The notes under the pieces are model-generated. The model was not told where the DNA came from, did not search any database, and was given only the letters and a program-made list of their open reading frames with translations. A program made the position numbers and the translations under genes. A stretch of 64,000 bases of DNA from the NCBI RefSeq assembly GCF_009914755.1, contig NC_060929.1, one strand, 5' to 3'. Origin of the DNA: the human T2T-CHM13v2.0 reference genome, Homo sapiens. This document shows positions 35,403-51,747 of the stretch, one piece after another; positions within the stretch are counted from its first letter, which is position 1, and the number at the start of each line of letters is the position of its first letter.

Positions 35403-38400
35403 TTTTGTATATGATATTGTTTACCATCATACTACTGAACATTTAATCAGAAGAAGCCAACACTAAATAACAGTACAGCATTAAAATTAAATTACTAAAT
35501 TGCAGAAGTTTTAAAAGAAAGTTAATAAAATACAGAGCTAGTAACATATCTGATATAGAAAATATGAACAATAGTTCTATTTGAATAATCAAGAGTTCAC
35601 AAACAAAATTAGAAAGTATTACATACTATGTACCTCTATCTTTTCTGTTTTATAGGTAGTATTTTAAGAAAGTAGGCATTCTAACAACTATCACTTAACA
35701 ATTAAGGTGTACCAGAATACACTTCATGAAGTTTTTAAAATTATATTTACTAATCTGTCTTAAATTTAATAAAATTTTGTCTACTCCAATAACATTTTTA
35801 TCATTTCAGTAGATAATTTCAGTTATCATTATAGTAGCTGATAATTGCAACTATTATTATCAACATTAGTTTTCTATTTCTGAATGAAGGCGAAGTTAAT
35901 TTAAATAACAATAAAATTATCTTTGTTAAAAAAAAAAAAAGACGGAAAATCAAGAATTAACCACCATTGAAGGGCTGAGATATAAGACTGAAAACAGAGA
36001 TTGGTTCAAGGCCTATATACAAAAGACTTGGTACCCCTACAAACCTAGACAACTGCTCTCTCTCCCAGCCCTGACCCCAGTTTTATTCTCTGCAAAAACA
36101 GAATTAGAGAGGCTCAGTTTCAAGGACACCCAACCCAGTATAAGGCAAAGGTGAAGCCCAAGGCTGAAAACAATGACAATGTGCCTACTTGGAACACTCC
36201 CACCCTCCTTTCCCATCTTACTTTCGGAACATTTAAAACCAAGCAGGACACTACTGGATTATTCTTTGGAGAAACTGGATGGTCTCACAGACAAGACCTA
36301 TAAACTTTTTTGCTCTCTCAGGAAAAAAGTCAACCAATATCCAATCACCCTAATAGAAGCCCTCCATAACCAACCCTACCCAATGTAAATAAAGCTCCCA
36401 GTTAGCAGTTTTTCAAAATGAACAGACAGGCAAGGGGGTTCAAAGAATAAGAGAGCCAAAATAAGCAGGGGCAAAAAAGAGCGTGTTTTCAGACTCTTGT
36501 AGCAAATATTCTCAAATAAGCCAAGCTCTGTCCCATCTCATTTACACATGTTTTTTTCTTTGCTTAGAACACATGCCATTGTTATTCTTTGTTGACTCCT
36601 CATTCTTCAGAATCTTTTAAAAAGTTATCTCAACAGACTTTTCTACTACTTGATGTAGTTACTGTTCCTCTCTACCCCAGATGCATATCACACAGTAAAA
36701 TTGTGTACTTATTTGTTTACTTATTCATAATCAAGTTTCTCTTGAGTGAAAGTTAAGAGGTGAGATTTTTATCACTTATTCAGTTGTATAATCCCAACAA
36801 CTTACACGTAGTAAGCACTCAGTAAATGTTTGTTGAGTGTCTCAATGAATGAATAAATGCAGTTTCAAGGTATTTCTTGGAGGAGATAAGTATTTCTACA
36901 GCCTCAAAATTATTTTTTAATAATTTCCCTATTACTTTTTCCAGTCTTTCCGCTGCAGCCATATAAACATTATATGTCTCATAGGCTTTGGTTTCTCAAT
37001 AGCCTTTATAATTGGTAAAAGGAAGGAATAAATGTTTATCTTTCAAGGGAACTTTTGATGCCATATTGTATCATTTTAAGTATGTCTTTCAGGCTCTCCA
37101 AACCTATAAGGACACTTAAATAGATAACTCCAGAGAAATATGCTGGTAGGCAGAATCCCCTAAATACTTCATTTCATATGCCTTTTCAAAAACTGTAATT
37201 TGTCTTCTTCCATCTTAATTGTACTTTTAAGTATGTGTGTTTTGCTAATTTAGCCCATGCTATGTGTAAACTAACCATAAGACAGGACCAAAGATATGAG
37301 ACACAAGCAAACAAAAAATACCAATGTAAAACAAGGTAACAGAGGAAATGATTAAATATTCTGTGGGAGCTGAACCTAATATATATTAATTTCCCCATGC
37401 CAATTTCCTGATATTAGTTTTCTAACTGAAACCACTTTTGCATTTTTTGTAACAGGCAAACATAATTGCCACATAGAGAAAATCTGAAATGAGAAAAACT
37501 GCAGAAACAGCAGGTTTGAGGGAAAAATTGGGAATTTGGTTTTGGACATATTAAGGTTGAGATGCATGGAGATGTCAATTAAGCAAACGGATATACAAAT
37601 AGAGAATTTAGGGGAGGTCTCAGGGCTAGAGATGTATATTTGGATATAGATAATTCTTAAAGCTGTATATACTTAACTATAGATGGTACTTAAAACCACG
37701 AAAATGAATGAGATCACTAAAACTGCATGAAAGTTGAGAAGAGATTTTGCGAGAGGTGGGTAAAATACTCAAATATTGTTTTCTCTTAGTCTAGAAAGAC
37801 TTTTTAGAATTATTTCTATCAGCATTACTTTAACATTGGCCTATTATTAAGGTGTAGAGAACTTATGAAATAAGAATAAAATTTTTAAAGATGCTAGTTT
37901 TTGACAAATTTGTAGTGGGGTAGGGTACAAAAGATAGCTGATTTAGTAGATATCATCTCAAAATAATCCACCATGAAATTTTAACCAAAAAAGAGGAAAA
38001 ACTTCTAATAAATAAGTTTCTAAATGGAGTTTTCACTCTCTTTATTCCCCAAATCTCCTCTCTACCTCACTCATCAAAGTTCTACCTCACTCATCAAAAA
38101 CTCCCCATCTCCCAACATCAGAACTCAATAATTTTTGCCTGGCATCCAATTCTTTGGGATAAAAGAAAAAAGAAAGTGAAATGTTAATTCAAATGGCTCT
38201 TAAAAGCCTTTCTGAACTAGAAAGAAAAGAGCCATTGAATTTTTTCCACCCATTTTTCACTGCTTTGCATACATTAGCACTTAATCACACACACACACAC
38301 AAAATCTATTCTCCACACCCCTGCCAGGAACATTTTTCGAATCTGATCATGTCACTTTTCTGTTTAAATTTCTCCAATGCCACCCATTATGTAAAGTAAT

Positions 38401-39349
38401 TAAAAGCTAAATTTCTTTTTTTATTAGTTTTGTTGAGTTTGTTTTAACATAAAAGAAATGTTGTATGATTTATTCTATAACTTTGTTTGCTTGTTTTACT
38501 TTATATTATGTCATGTACTGGCCTCTGCAACCTCTCTAACATTATTGCATATCATCCTCCCCTTTGTTCACTACATGTCACTTCTTTTCCTCAAACCCAG
38601 TAAGCTCATTCTTTAACTTACTTCATACTGGTACCTAGAAGATAACAGCACCATGACATATTATCAGTTCAATACATATGGGGTGAATGAATGAATCAAT
38701 TAATGAATTTCTACTGTCCAGTCATATATCCTATAATTCTTTACCCACTCTTTCCCCTCTAAAAATACTGACCATTTAGTTCCCCAAATGAGGCCATTTT
38801 CTTTCTCACCTTTTCCATATCATTATACATGCACTGCCTTCTTCTTGAGCAGGCATCTGTCATTTATCCAAATCCCTATTCAACTTTCAGATCCTTGATA
38901 AAACATCACACCCTAATGAAGTTATGCTTGGACGCTTCTCCATGAAAAATTGGTTGCTGCTTCTATGATTCCACCATATTTTTTCTTCTCAAAACCTAGT
39001 ATGTGACTAACACACAGTTAATAATAGCTCCAAATTATTAATATGCCTCCTTACCAGGTGCTTAGCACTGTACCAAAAACCTCACACATCATGTCATAAC
39101 ATTATAATCCAACAAACTCAAAGAGCTTTGGTGTTCAGCCCCAAATACCAACAAACAGACGGCAAGAGCAGGATGCAAGGTTTGCGTGACTACAAAATCC
39201 ACTTATTTTCCATTATGCAGCGTATCTATTGAACAAATACTTGAATAATTAATATAGTCCGAGTGACTACTTGGTTTTTCATAAAGTTGTGTTCATTTTA
39301 TATAACTTTTTATATAAATGTAATACAAGAAATACAATCTAATCAAGTA

Positions 39350-40250
39350 AAAGTACCTTACATATTTCTTGAAAAATGATATACAAATAGACAATGAATA
39401 AATTTTAAAATGCTCAATATAACTAGCTATCAGTGAGCTGCAAGTCAAAACCACAGTTAGGTATCACATTACTCCTACTAGAAAGATTATAACTAACAAG
39501 ACATACAATAAAACATGTTGGCCATGACACAGAGAGATTGCTGGTGGCCATGATGTGGAGAAATTTCTGGTGGTAATGTAAAATAGTGCAGCCACTTTGG
39601 AAAACAGCCTGGCAGTTTCTCAAAGGTTAACACAGGGTTATCTATGGGCCAGCAATTCTACCCCTAGGTATATACTCAAGAGAAATGAAAACACACATCC
39701 ACACAAAAACTCCCACATGAATGTCCACCATAGCATTTTCCACAATAGCTGAAAAGGAGAAACAACCCAGTCCATCAACTGATGAATGAACAAATAAAAT
39801 GTATATCCACATAATAGAATATTATTTGACCATAAAAAGTAATGGAGTACTGACACATGCTACAACATGGATGAACTTTGAAAACAACAAGTAAAAAGAA
39901 GCCAGTTACAAAAGATCTCATATTTTATGATTCCATTTATATGAAATGTCCAGAATTTCAGGCAAATCTATACAGACAGAAAATAGGTTTGTGGTTTCCT
40001 AGAACTGGGGAAATGGAGGGTGACAACTAATGAGTATAAAGTTTCATTTTGGGGTGAGGAAGATGTTCTAAAATTAATTGTGGTGATGGTTGCGCAAGTC
40101 TATGAATAAACTAAAAAACCGTTGGATTATATTCAACTAAAAACCGTTGAATAAACTAAAAACTGTGAATTATACAATTCACTCAGGCTAAATGGGTGAA
40201 TTGTATGGTGTGTAAATTGTATGGTGTATAAAGCTGTTATAGAAAAAAGA
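39350..40250 (+). mobile_element. L1MB-like 3' end
   Basis: gtgcagccactttggaaaacag; tccatttatatgaaatgtccagaa; aaagctgtt terminus. Confidence 0.85.
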
Positions 40251-40514
40251 AATATAACTGGAACTACCCTTGATTTTATTCATCTACGACATGAGGAGGG
40301 AAAAGTACATTACAATAAGACAGTAAAGCTAGAAGACAATGACAAACTAAGTTCATAACAGATAAATACACAAATTACTTCTCTAAGTCTTCCCTTATTG
40401 TTTACTAGTAAAATTTTTAAGATAGTAAAATAACATCAACTTGGGTCCAATAATAATAAAAAAACTAATTGCTACTTATTGACTATTTACAAGGTATTAA
40501 GCATTTCAAAGCAA

Positions 40515-41230
40515 GCTGGGACAAACTGGAACTCTTCTACACTGCTTTGGGGCATGTGAATTGGTAAAATCACATTGTAGAGCACTTAGTCAGTGCTTAG
40601 CAGACATAAAATGATTATCCCTTATGACCCATTAGCTCTACTTCTAGGTATTTGCCCTAGAGAACTCCTAAGGAGACAGATACAAAGATGCAGATTGCAG
40701 CATCGTTTAAAATTGTTTATAATAATGGAAAAATGATAAATAATCTAAATGCTCATAGGTAAAAGTCTGAATATATATCCATATTATACAGCAACTAAAT
40801 AGACCTATGTCCATCAGATAGATAAATCTTGAAAGTAAAGATGAATTTAAAAAATCAAATTAGAAAGGATAACTGCAGTTTTTTAGATAGTATAATTAAA
40901 AGACAAAATTAAACACAAAGTTAATTTTAAAAATAAAACACAAAATAAAAACATATTCTATGTATTGTTATTCCTTAATCTTTGGGTATATGTGCTAATG
41001 GAGCAAAAGAATACAAACGTGGATAGGGAGGATACATACAAATTCAGGATAGTGGTTACCTCAAAGCAAGGAATTAGGGGGAAAATGTTGGGTGCAGGAA
41101 AGCTTTCAACTTTATGAGTAATTTTTTATTTTTTCAAATAATTAAAAGCAAATATGATAAAAATGTTTACATCTGCTAAATCTACATGGGTTTCTTATAT
41201 TTTCTCTGTATTTTCTTTCAGTTTGGAATG
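40515..41230 (+). mobile_element. L1ME-like 3' remnant
   Basis: tatgaccc...cttctaggtatttgccctagagaa; ttcaggatagtggttacctc. Confidence 0.65.
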
Positions 41231-41301
41231 TCTTAAGTTACTTAATAATACTATAAGAATGTTAATTTACTGTTCCTGATAACTGCATTATTGTTACATA
41301 A

Positions 41302-41689
<388 letters not shown>

Positions 41690-41844
41690 TAAAATTTTTT
41701 AAATAAAAACAATGAATATTTTTTAAAATAAAATGCACTTTAGAGGTCAAATAAATGGTGATGGTAGTCCGTATTGTCTATTATTCCTAAAAACCATTAT
41801 TATTTAAAACATTTTTGCAAACTTTTTCTAAAGCTTAATTAGGG

Positions 41845-42088
41845 GGCTGGGCACTGCAGCTCACACCTATAATCCCAGCACTTTGGGAGAGGCCGAAGAA
41901 TTGCTTGAGCTGAAGAGCTCGAGACCAACCTAAGCAACATAACCTAAGCAACATAACCTAAACAACATAGACCCCCATCTCTACACACACACACACGCAT
42001 GCACACACTCACAAAGCCAGCCATAGTGGCGCGACTGCACTCCTGCCTGGGTGACAGAGTAAGACCTTGTCTCAAAACAACAAAAAAG
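41845..42088 (+). mobile_element. Rearranged old Alu: triplicated 14-mer, (CA)n linker, deleted right arm
   Basis: aacctaagcaacat x3 at about 41927-41968; CA run at 41983-42012. Confidence 0.85.
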
Positions 42089-42300
42089 CCCAATTAAAGG
42101 ATTGAAGGCCACCGATTTATTTCTTATCAAATTTGCTTCTTCTTCAACAAATTGTGACATTATTTCAAGACATGCTTTATTTTACCTTAGCGTGGAATCA
42201 TAAAATTAAAAGAACCTTGAAAATTAGTCACTGCTCCCACCTCAAAGCCAGGCTTCATTCAAATCATTTAAGAAAAACAGCTGCAAGCTGCATTCCTTTA

Positions 42301-42635
<335 letters not shown>

Positions 42636-42673
42636 CTTTCAAAATGGAAATACCACTATCTTTATTAACGAGG

Positions 42674-43342
<669 letters not shown>

Positions 43343-43349
43343 CAAGGTA

Positions 43350-43669
43350 TAGTCATCCTTTGGTATACTCTCAAGATTGGTTCCAGGACTCCTGCACATA
43401 CTAAAATCCAAAGATGTTCCAGTCTGATATAAAAGAGTATAGTATTTGCATGTGATCAAATAGTGTAGTATTTGTGCATCTTCTTGTATACACTAAATCA
43501 TCTCTAAATTACCTATAATACCTAGTATAGTGTAAATGTTATGAAAATAATTGTTATATTTTTATTGTTGTATTGTTATTTTTTATTGCGGGTTTTTCCA
43601 TGGAATATTTTCGATCCACGATTGGTTGAATCTGCAAACATGGAACTTGTGAATCTAAAGGGCCAACTG
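43350..43669. mobile_element. MER2 (Tigger-family) DNA transposon
   Basis: TA-flanked agtcatcc...gggccaactg ends; gattggttccaggac and aatattttcgatccacgattggttgaatc motifs. Confidence 0.85.
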
Positions 43670-43980
43670 TATTTCAAACCTCTTATTCAAAAAAGTATTT
43701 TTAATATTCAAGTGAATGCTTTCTTACTATAATTTAAATGTTACCCCTTTGATAGAGTGATGTTATTAAAGGGCAAGAATATTTACTCAATTTTCAAAAA
43801 TAGTTCCTTGACAATTTGAAGACTATTCAGAACTAAATTGGTTTTGTCACCTCCAAAGGTACATAAGCCTAGATGGATTAGCCTCTCAACACAAAACCTA
43901 TTTCCCAAGGTTTTATTCATTTTGCTATTCACCTCAAACTGATTTTCAAAATGGAATATAATATTTTACCAGAGGCTTCA

Positions 43981-44328
<348 letters not shown>

Positions 44329-45571
44329 CTACATCGTACCTATATATTTTAACAGGCAGTGTCAGAAAACTATAGTTGAATCCATCTCCCACACAAGAAA
44401 ATATCTGCTATTATATCTTGAAATACTTGTTTTTGCTGTTGGCCATCTTCTCCCTTGGACAGTGCTGCAGATATAGTATGTACTTTGGGGTTCACTTAAT
44501 TTGCCTTTACATTAGCTACTTCCCTTCATTTAATACATTTTTTATTCAGAACATAAAAATATATTTGAAAAGATTTTATAACCATTTATTAGACCAAAGG
44601 TCATAAAGATTTGGCAGAAATAAACTATCAAACAAACGAAAACACAAGGTGCGAACTCTAGAATTTCTGTACAAGAAAGATTAAGAGGAGACAATCTATT
44701 TCATTTAGCTCCCTCCTCTCTTCCCTATCCTCAGTTTATTGAAGCTATTTACTGGCAGGGTGGTAAAATATAAAGCAGAAGATGGCAGTCTTCTGATTTG
44801 AGGAATCAAAGGACAGAATGCTACAGAAATGGGAGGGCTGCTGGAAAGTGACGGAAAATCCCAAAAAGTAGGGAGCCCTAGAAAGGAAACCTCCAAATCT
44901 GTATTTTTTTAGAAGTGTGAGTCCATATTTAAAGAAAGAAAGAAAAAAAAAGTAGAATGCCAACTACCTAATATCGAAAGAATAACGAGAGTTAGAATAT
45001 CATCACTGGATGCCAAAATTGGAGGGTAAAATTTTCATAAGAAAGTAGATCTTTACAGTCTCGAGGTAACTTGCCAAAAATTACTTATTAATTAAAATGG
45101 GAAAAATTACAAAGGAGAAACATGGTGGACATTAGATGAACCAAGGGATCAAAATAAACTTTTCCAATATTTGGAAAACCCAGTATCAAATGTCTTATGA
45201 TACGAAGTATTTAAAAGGACATAATGTATAATCCTAATTTAATCCTGAGGAAACATCAGAAAACCCAAATGAAGATATGTCTCATAAAATAAAAAATTGC
45301 TATATACTCTTTTAAAATGTCAAAGTCAAGCGAAAGAAAGGCTGAGGAACTGTTCCAAATCAAAAGAGACTCTTGAACAAGACAAGTAAATAGAACGTGT
45401 GATCCTAGGTTAGTTAGTGGCCTGAGGGGGAAAATAGCTATAAAGAATATTATTAAGACAACTGATAAAATTTGAGTATGAACTGAAGATTAAATAATAG
45501 TACTGTATCAACACTACATATCTTGATTTTGACAACTGTACTGGGGTTATATAAGAGAATGTCTTTGTCCA

Positions 45572-45869
45572 TTTTTTTGTTTTTTTGAAAGAGTCTCACT
45601 TTGTCACCCAGGCTGCAGTGTAGTGGGCATGATTTCGGTTCACTGCAACCTCCACCTCCCGTGTTCAAGCAATTCTTGTGCTTCAGTCTCCCAAGTAGCT
45701 GGGACTACAGGCATGCGCCACCATACCCAGCTAAGTTTTCTATTTTTAGTAGTAGAGATGGGGTTTTGCCATGTTACCCAGTGTGGTCTTGAACTCCTGA
45801 CCTCAAGTGATCCACATGCCTCGGCGTCCCAAAGTGCTGGGATTACAGGCGTGAGCCACCATACCCAGC
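45572..45869 (-). mobile_element. Alu
   Basis: TSD gagaatgt(c/t)tttgt. Confidence 0.93.
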
Positions 45870-48437
45870 TGAGAATGTTTTTGTTCTTAGAAAGCACAAA
45901 CTGAAGTATTTAGGGGTAAAGAAGAATGATGTCTACAATTACTCTCAAAAGTAAGACAGAAATATTAAAATGTTTGCCTGGGACTTCTGCTTCCAGACAA
46001 AATGAATTAATAGGGATCAAATTTATCCTGCTTTCTCATACAATGTTTAAAATGAACAAATTATATGAAATATCAATTTGCAATACACTAGACATCAGGA
46101 AGCAAAGGACAGTGATCCCTGAGAAATGGGAAAGTAAACAAAGTGAGCCCTAAGATTGCCCCCAGCTTACTACCTTGAGAAATTCAATGCCATGAAACAG
46201 AGTGGGGAAAACAAAGTAGAGCCCAGTGGACTCTCTGAGTTGAAGAGACAGAACAGAAAATACAGGAGACAAAGACAGTTAAAATTTACAGGACTAAGTA
46301 CAGCAGCAGAGGCAGCTACACAAAGAGATAATTGTGGAGATTTGCAAAGGATTCCCCTTAACTATTCAGTTGAGTGTGAATCTGGCTCATATGACGTAAG
46401 AGAAGCACTTAAGGCCAGGCAAATTATCACCCAAAAGGATTAGAGGTAATAATGCCTAGCACTTACACAACATTAAATATAGGGCCTAGATCCACCCAGA
46501 CCAACTGGAAAACCACAAGATTCACAGGGCAATTGGGTAGAGTACCCAGAAGGGACTTGCCTCAGTACTGGGGAATAATTAGCCCTAAACTGAACACTGA
46601 ATTGGTACTACAAAACAAATTTTAAAAGAAAGAATCAGTTTCCAAGGAACTTAACTGCACCCCAAGGAAAAGCTCAAGAATAATTACAGAAACACAAAAA
46701 TATCTGACACCCAACAAGGTAAAATAACACAATGTCAGGCACCCAATCAAAGATCACGAAGTATGCAAAGAAGCAATAAAATACAGTACATAATAAAGAA
46801 ATTGTCAATTGAAACCAATCCAAAACTGACACATATAATAAAGTTAGTAGACAAAATGTTTAAAATAGTTTTTGTATTTTCTAAAGCCTAGAGATCTGAA
46901 AGATTTTTTAAAAGACCCAAATTAAACCACTAGAGATGAAAAAAATTATACTACATAAGATGAAAATACATATTAGACCAGACTGATGGATTACTCATTG
47001 TAGAAAAAAGTCACCTTGAAGACATAGCAATAGAAACTACCCAAAATTGAATACACAGAGAAGAGAGACTTTAAAATCATAAGCAGACCATACGTGAGTT
47101 GCCTTCAAGCAACCAAATATATCTGCAATTAAAGTCACCAAAGCAAGGCAAGAAGGGCAAAACCAAAAAATATATTGAGAAAATATTGGCTAAAATGGTG
47201 AAAATCTGATTAAATTAGATCTAAGAAGCTCACTGACCCCAAACATGATGAAAACTACTCCAAAACATATCATAATCAAATTGTTCAACTCAGTAAGGGT
47301 AAAGAATAATTAAACACCATGACCACCCAAATTAATCTAATTGATATATATAGAAAATTCGATCCAACAATAGCAGAATGCACATTCTTTTCAAGCGCAC
47401 CCACCTGGAACATTTACCAAGAAAGACAATATTCTGGGCCATAAAGCAAGTCTCAATAAACTAAAAAGCATTCAAGTCATGCAAACTATATTATCTGACC
47501 ACAGTGGAACTAAATTAGAAATTAACAACAAAAGAATTTCTGCAGTGGGGGGGAATTTGGAACTAAATAACACAATTCTAAGTAAGCCATGGGTCAAAAA
47601 AAAAAAAAAAGAAATACTCTAAAGGAACATTAGAAAGTATTTTGAACTGAATGGAACTGAAACTCAACATATCCAAATTTGTGAGATGCGATAAAGCTAT
47701 ATGTAGGGGGAATTTTCTAACACTAAACACTTATATTAGAAAAGCAGAAAGGTCTCAAATTAATGACACAACTTCCGCCATAAGGAACCACAAACAAAAT
47801 AAGCCTGAACCAAGTAGACAGACGGAAACAAATCAATGAAACAGAAAACAGAAAAATGAAAAAAAAAAAACGAAACCAAATTTGAGAAGATTATTAAAAT
47901 GTCTAGCCACAGTGATTAGAAAAAGACAAAAGACAAGAAAAAGACATAAAAGACAAAAGACAAAAACTACCAATACCATAGAGGTGATTTTACTATACAT
48001 TCTACAGATATTAAAAGGATAATAAGATATTATAAACAATTATGCCAATACACTTCACCACTTGGAAAAAATAAACATATTCCTTGAAATACTCAAACTA
48101 CCAAAGCTCACTGAATAAGATAACCTAATTAGCCCTATATTATTAAACAATTTTAACTGGTAGTTTAAAAAAATCACTCCACAAAGAAAACTCCTAGTGC
48201 AGATGGCTTCTTGTCAATTCTACAAAACATCTGAGGAGGAAATAATATCAATTCTATACAAACTCTTCCAGAAAATTGAAAAGAAGGAACTATCTCATAA
48301 CTCATTCTGTGAGGGCAACATTACCCTAATACCAAAATCAGGCAAATACAGTCTAAGAAAAAACTACAGAACAACATCCCTCATAAATATAAATCTAAAA
48401 AAAAAATACAATTTTGGAAAATGACATCTAACTATAT

Positions 48438-49025
48438 ATATATTTTTATTGATTTCCAGGGTACATGTGCAGGATGTGCAGGTTTGTTACATAGGTAGAC
48501 ATGTGCCATGGTGGTTTGTTGCACCTATCAACCCATCAGCTAGGTATTAAGCCCAGCATGCATCAGCTCTTTTCCCAAATGCTCTCCCTCCCCTTCCCCT
48601 ACCCTCAACAGGCCCCAGTGTGTGTTGTTCCCCTCCCTGTGTCCATGTGTTCTCATTGTTCAACTCCCACTTTTGAGTGAGAACATGCAGTGTCTGGTTT
48701 TCTGTTCCTGTGTTAGTCTGCTGAGGATGATGGCTTCCAATTTCATCCATGTCCCTGCAAAAGACATAATCTCGTTCCTTTTTATGGCTGCATAGTATTC
48801 CATGGTGTATAGGTACCACATTTTCTTTATCCAGTCTATCATTGATGAGCATTTGGGTTGATTCTATGTCTCTGCTATTGTGAATAGTGCTGCAATGAAC
48901 ATACATGTGCATGTATCTTTATAATAGAATGGTTTATATTCCTTTGGGTATATACCCAGGCCACACCGTCTTCCACAATGCTTGAAATAGAAACAGTTTT
49001 ACACTGTTGGTGGGAATGTAAATTA
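48438..49025 (-). mobile_element. L1PA7/8-like 3' fragment with a short 5' inversion
   Basis: 3'UTR on minus to 48986, inverted piece 48984-49026; TSD gacatctaactatat (48423-37) / gatatctaactacat (49026-40). Confidence 0.9.
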
Positions 49026-49099
49026 GATATCTAACTACATTAAAAGAATAATACATTGATGACCAAATTGAGTTCATCTTAAGAATGAAAGGTTGTTTT

Positions 49100-49412
49100 G
49101 GCCAGGCACAGTGTGGCTCATGCCTGTAATCCCAGCACTTTGGGAGACCAAGGTGGGAGGATCACTTGAGCCCAAGAGTTTGAGACCAGCTTAAGCAATA
49201 TAGTGAAACTCCATCTCTACAAAATATACAAAAAATTAGCTGGGCATTGTGGTGCACGCCTGTAGTACCAGCTACTTGGGAGGCTGAGGTGGGAGGACTG
49301 CTTGAGCCTGGGAGGCAGGGGTTGCAATGAGCTTAAGATCACAACACTGCACTCCAGCCTAGGCAACAGAGTGAGACCCTGTCTCAAAAAAAAAAAAAAA
49401 AAAAAAAAAAAA
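49100..49412 (+). mobile_element. Alu (AluJ-like)
   Basis: Full Alu with long poly-A. Confidence 0.95.
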
Positions 49413-49871
49413 GTTGGTATTCTAAACCAATCATTGCAATTCACTGTATTAATCCACTTTAAAAAAGATAAACTATATGATTATCTCAAACAATTCAGAA
49501 AAGGCATTTGGTAATATTCCAACACCCATTCCTGATTTAAAAAAAAAAAAAACTCTCAGCAAACTATGAACACAAGGAAATTTTCTCAACCAGACAAAGC
49601 GCATCAACAAAGAAACCTATAGCTAACATCATACTTAATGGTGAAAGACGGAATTCTTTCCTTGCTGAGGTCAGGAACAAAACAAGGATCTCTGCTCTCA
49701 CCACCTTTATTATACATTGTATTAGAAGTTCTAGACATTCCAATAAGGCAAAAAATAAATAAATAAACAAATAAAAGTCATTCATTATTAAAAGGAAGAA
49801 GCATAATGTCTTTCATCTCAGACAACATGATCATCTTTATATATGGAATCTATTAAAAAGCTATTAAAACC

Positions 49872-50140
49872 AGTCCAGGCTCAGTGGCTCATGCCTGTAA
49901 TCCCAGCACTTTGGGAGGCCGAGGCAGGCAGAACACCTGAGGTCAGGAGTTCAAGACCAGCCTGGCTAACATGGTGAAACCCCATCTCTACTAAAAATAC
50001 AAAAATTAGCTGGGTATGGTGGCAGGCACCTGTAATCCCAGCTATTTGGGAGGCGGAGGCAGGAGAATCACAAAGCTGAGATCGTGCCATTGCTCTCCAG
50101 CTTGGGAGACAAGAGAGAGACTCTGACACACACACAAAAA
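49872..50140 (+). mobile_element. Alu (AluS-like) with internal deletions
   Basis: TSD aaaagctattaaaacca. Confidence 0.93.
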
Positions 50141-50419
50141 GCTATTAAAACCAATAAATGAACTTAGCAAGGTTACAGGATACAAAATCCATATAAATAT
50201 CTATTGCATTTTTATATACCAGTGAAAAACTATTAATATTGAAAATGAAATTTTAAAAACAGTATCATGGACAATAACATCAAAAAATATGACCAAAGGT
50301 ATAAAAACACTGAAAACCACAAAACACTGCTGAGAGAAAGTAATGAAAACCTAAATAAATGGAGAGATAGACTTTGTTCATGAGTTGGAAGACTCCATAT
50401 TGTTAAGATGTCAGTTCGC

Positions 50420-50512
50420 TAGACCACAGTCCAGAGGAGAAGATTACATAAAGTCATGAATATCAGGAGACAGAGATCACTGAGGGCCATCCTAGAAGTC
50501 TGCCTACCACAG
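50420..50512 (-). mobile_element. MLT1 LTR terminal fragment
   Basis: gggccatcctagaagtctgcctaccaca terminus. Confidence 0.7.
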
Positions 50513-50594
50513 GTGCCAACGTTATTAAAGGATACCACATTTTTTTTTTGTTGCATATCCTTATAACTCTTCTAAAAGGACTTTGTAGCAAGAC

Positions 50595-50770
50595 TGCATG
50601 GTACAAATCCTAGTTCTACTAATTACTGTGTGACCTTGCCAATCAATTTACTTTCCTGTGCTTCAGCTCTCTCTTCTCCAATATGGAGAAAAACAGCAGT
50701 CCTTATCTCATGCAGTTATTTAAGGTTTTAAATGATTGAGTGTCTGTAAAGCACTTAAGTATCTGGTACT
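50595..50770 (+). mobile_element. MIR
   Basis: caaatcctagttctac...ctgtgtgacctt...taaagcactta core. Confidence 0.75.
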
Positions 50771-51011
50771 TGGTTATATACATACATCAATACATCCATA
50801 AAACCAATATAAATACTTAAGTTACTATTCCTTAGAGTTTAGTACAATACATCCTTCTTTAACTGTTTAATGACGCCTACTACAAATAAGGTACACTATT
50901 TATTCAAGGTGTGTATAAAGATAATTGATTAAATTTGGGCACTGAGGAAATAGCATCTTCTTGTTTCCATTTTTATTTGAACTTCAACAAACAAACATAG
51001 GTAATGCCTGA

Positions 51012-51400
<389 letters not shown>

Positions 51401-51592
51401 AGCCCCCCTCTTTCACTCTTAAAAGTGTCCCAGTGTACACAAGAAATTAGAGTTACTCCAGTTTGTCAGTCTACATTGAAATGGTAACTGATTCAAGATA
51501 AACACTTCTGAGTAAGAAACCAACAAGGCACGGATAAAAGGAAAGGAAACTGAAGAGGAGGAATATGGGCAATGGGGGTGGGTAGATAATAG

Positions 51593-51747
51593 TGGGCAAC
51601 AGAGTGAGAGACCCTGTCTCAAGAAAAAAAGAAAGAAAGGTTGGTTTAATATTCTAAACCAATCATTGCAATTCACTGTGTTAATACACTTTTAGAAAGA
51701 TGAACTATATGATCATCTCAAACAATTCAGAAAAAGCAGCGTGGTAA
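51593..51747 (+). repeat. Dispersed direct copy of 49362-49514 (Alu 3' end, tail and L1 flank)
   Basis: Both contain attctaaaccaatcattgcaattcactgt...atctcaaacaattcagaaaa; both give ORF start MNCNDWFRI. Confidence 0.92.

Larger units (their letters stand above)
45980..50415 (+). mobile_element. Old L1M element (5'UTR, ORF1, deleted ORF2) interrupted by an L1PA and two Alus
   Basis: Degenerate ORF2 peptides (ISILYKLFQKIEK...ITLIPK); collinear L1 motifs. Confidence 0.82.

Noticed and set aside
38060-40232. Small tandem duplications (tctacctcactcatcaaa x2 at about 38061; aactaaaaaccgttg repeats at about 40110)
   Set aside because: Ordinary slippage products with no higher-order structure.
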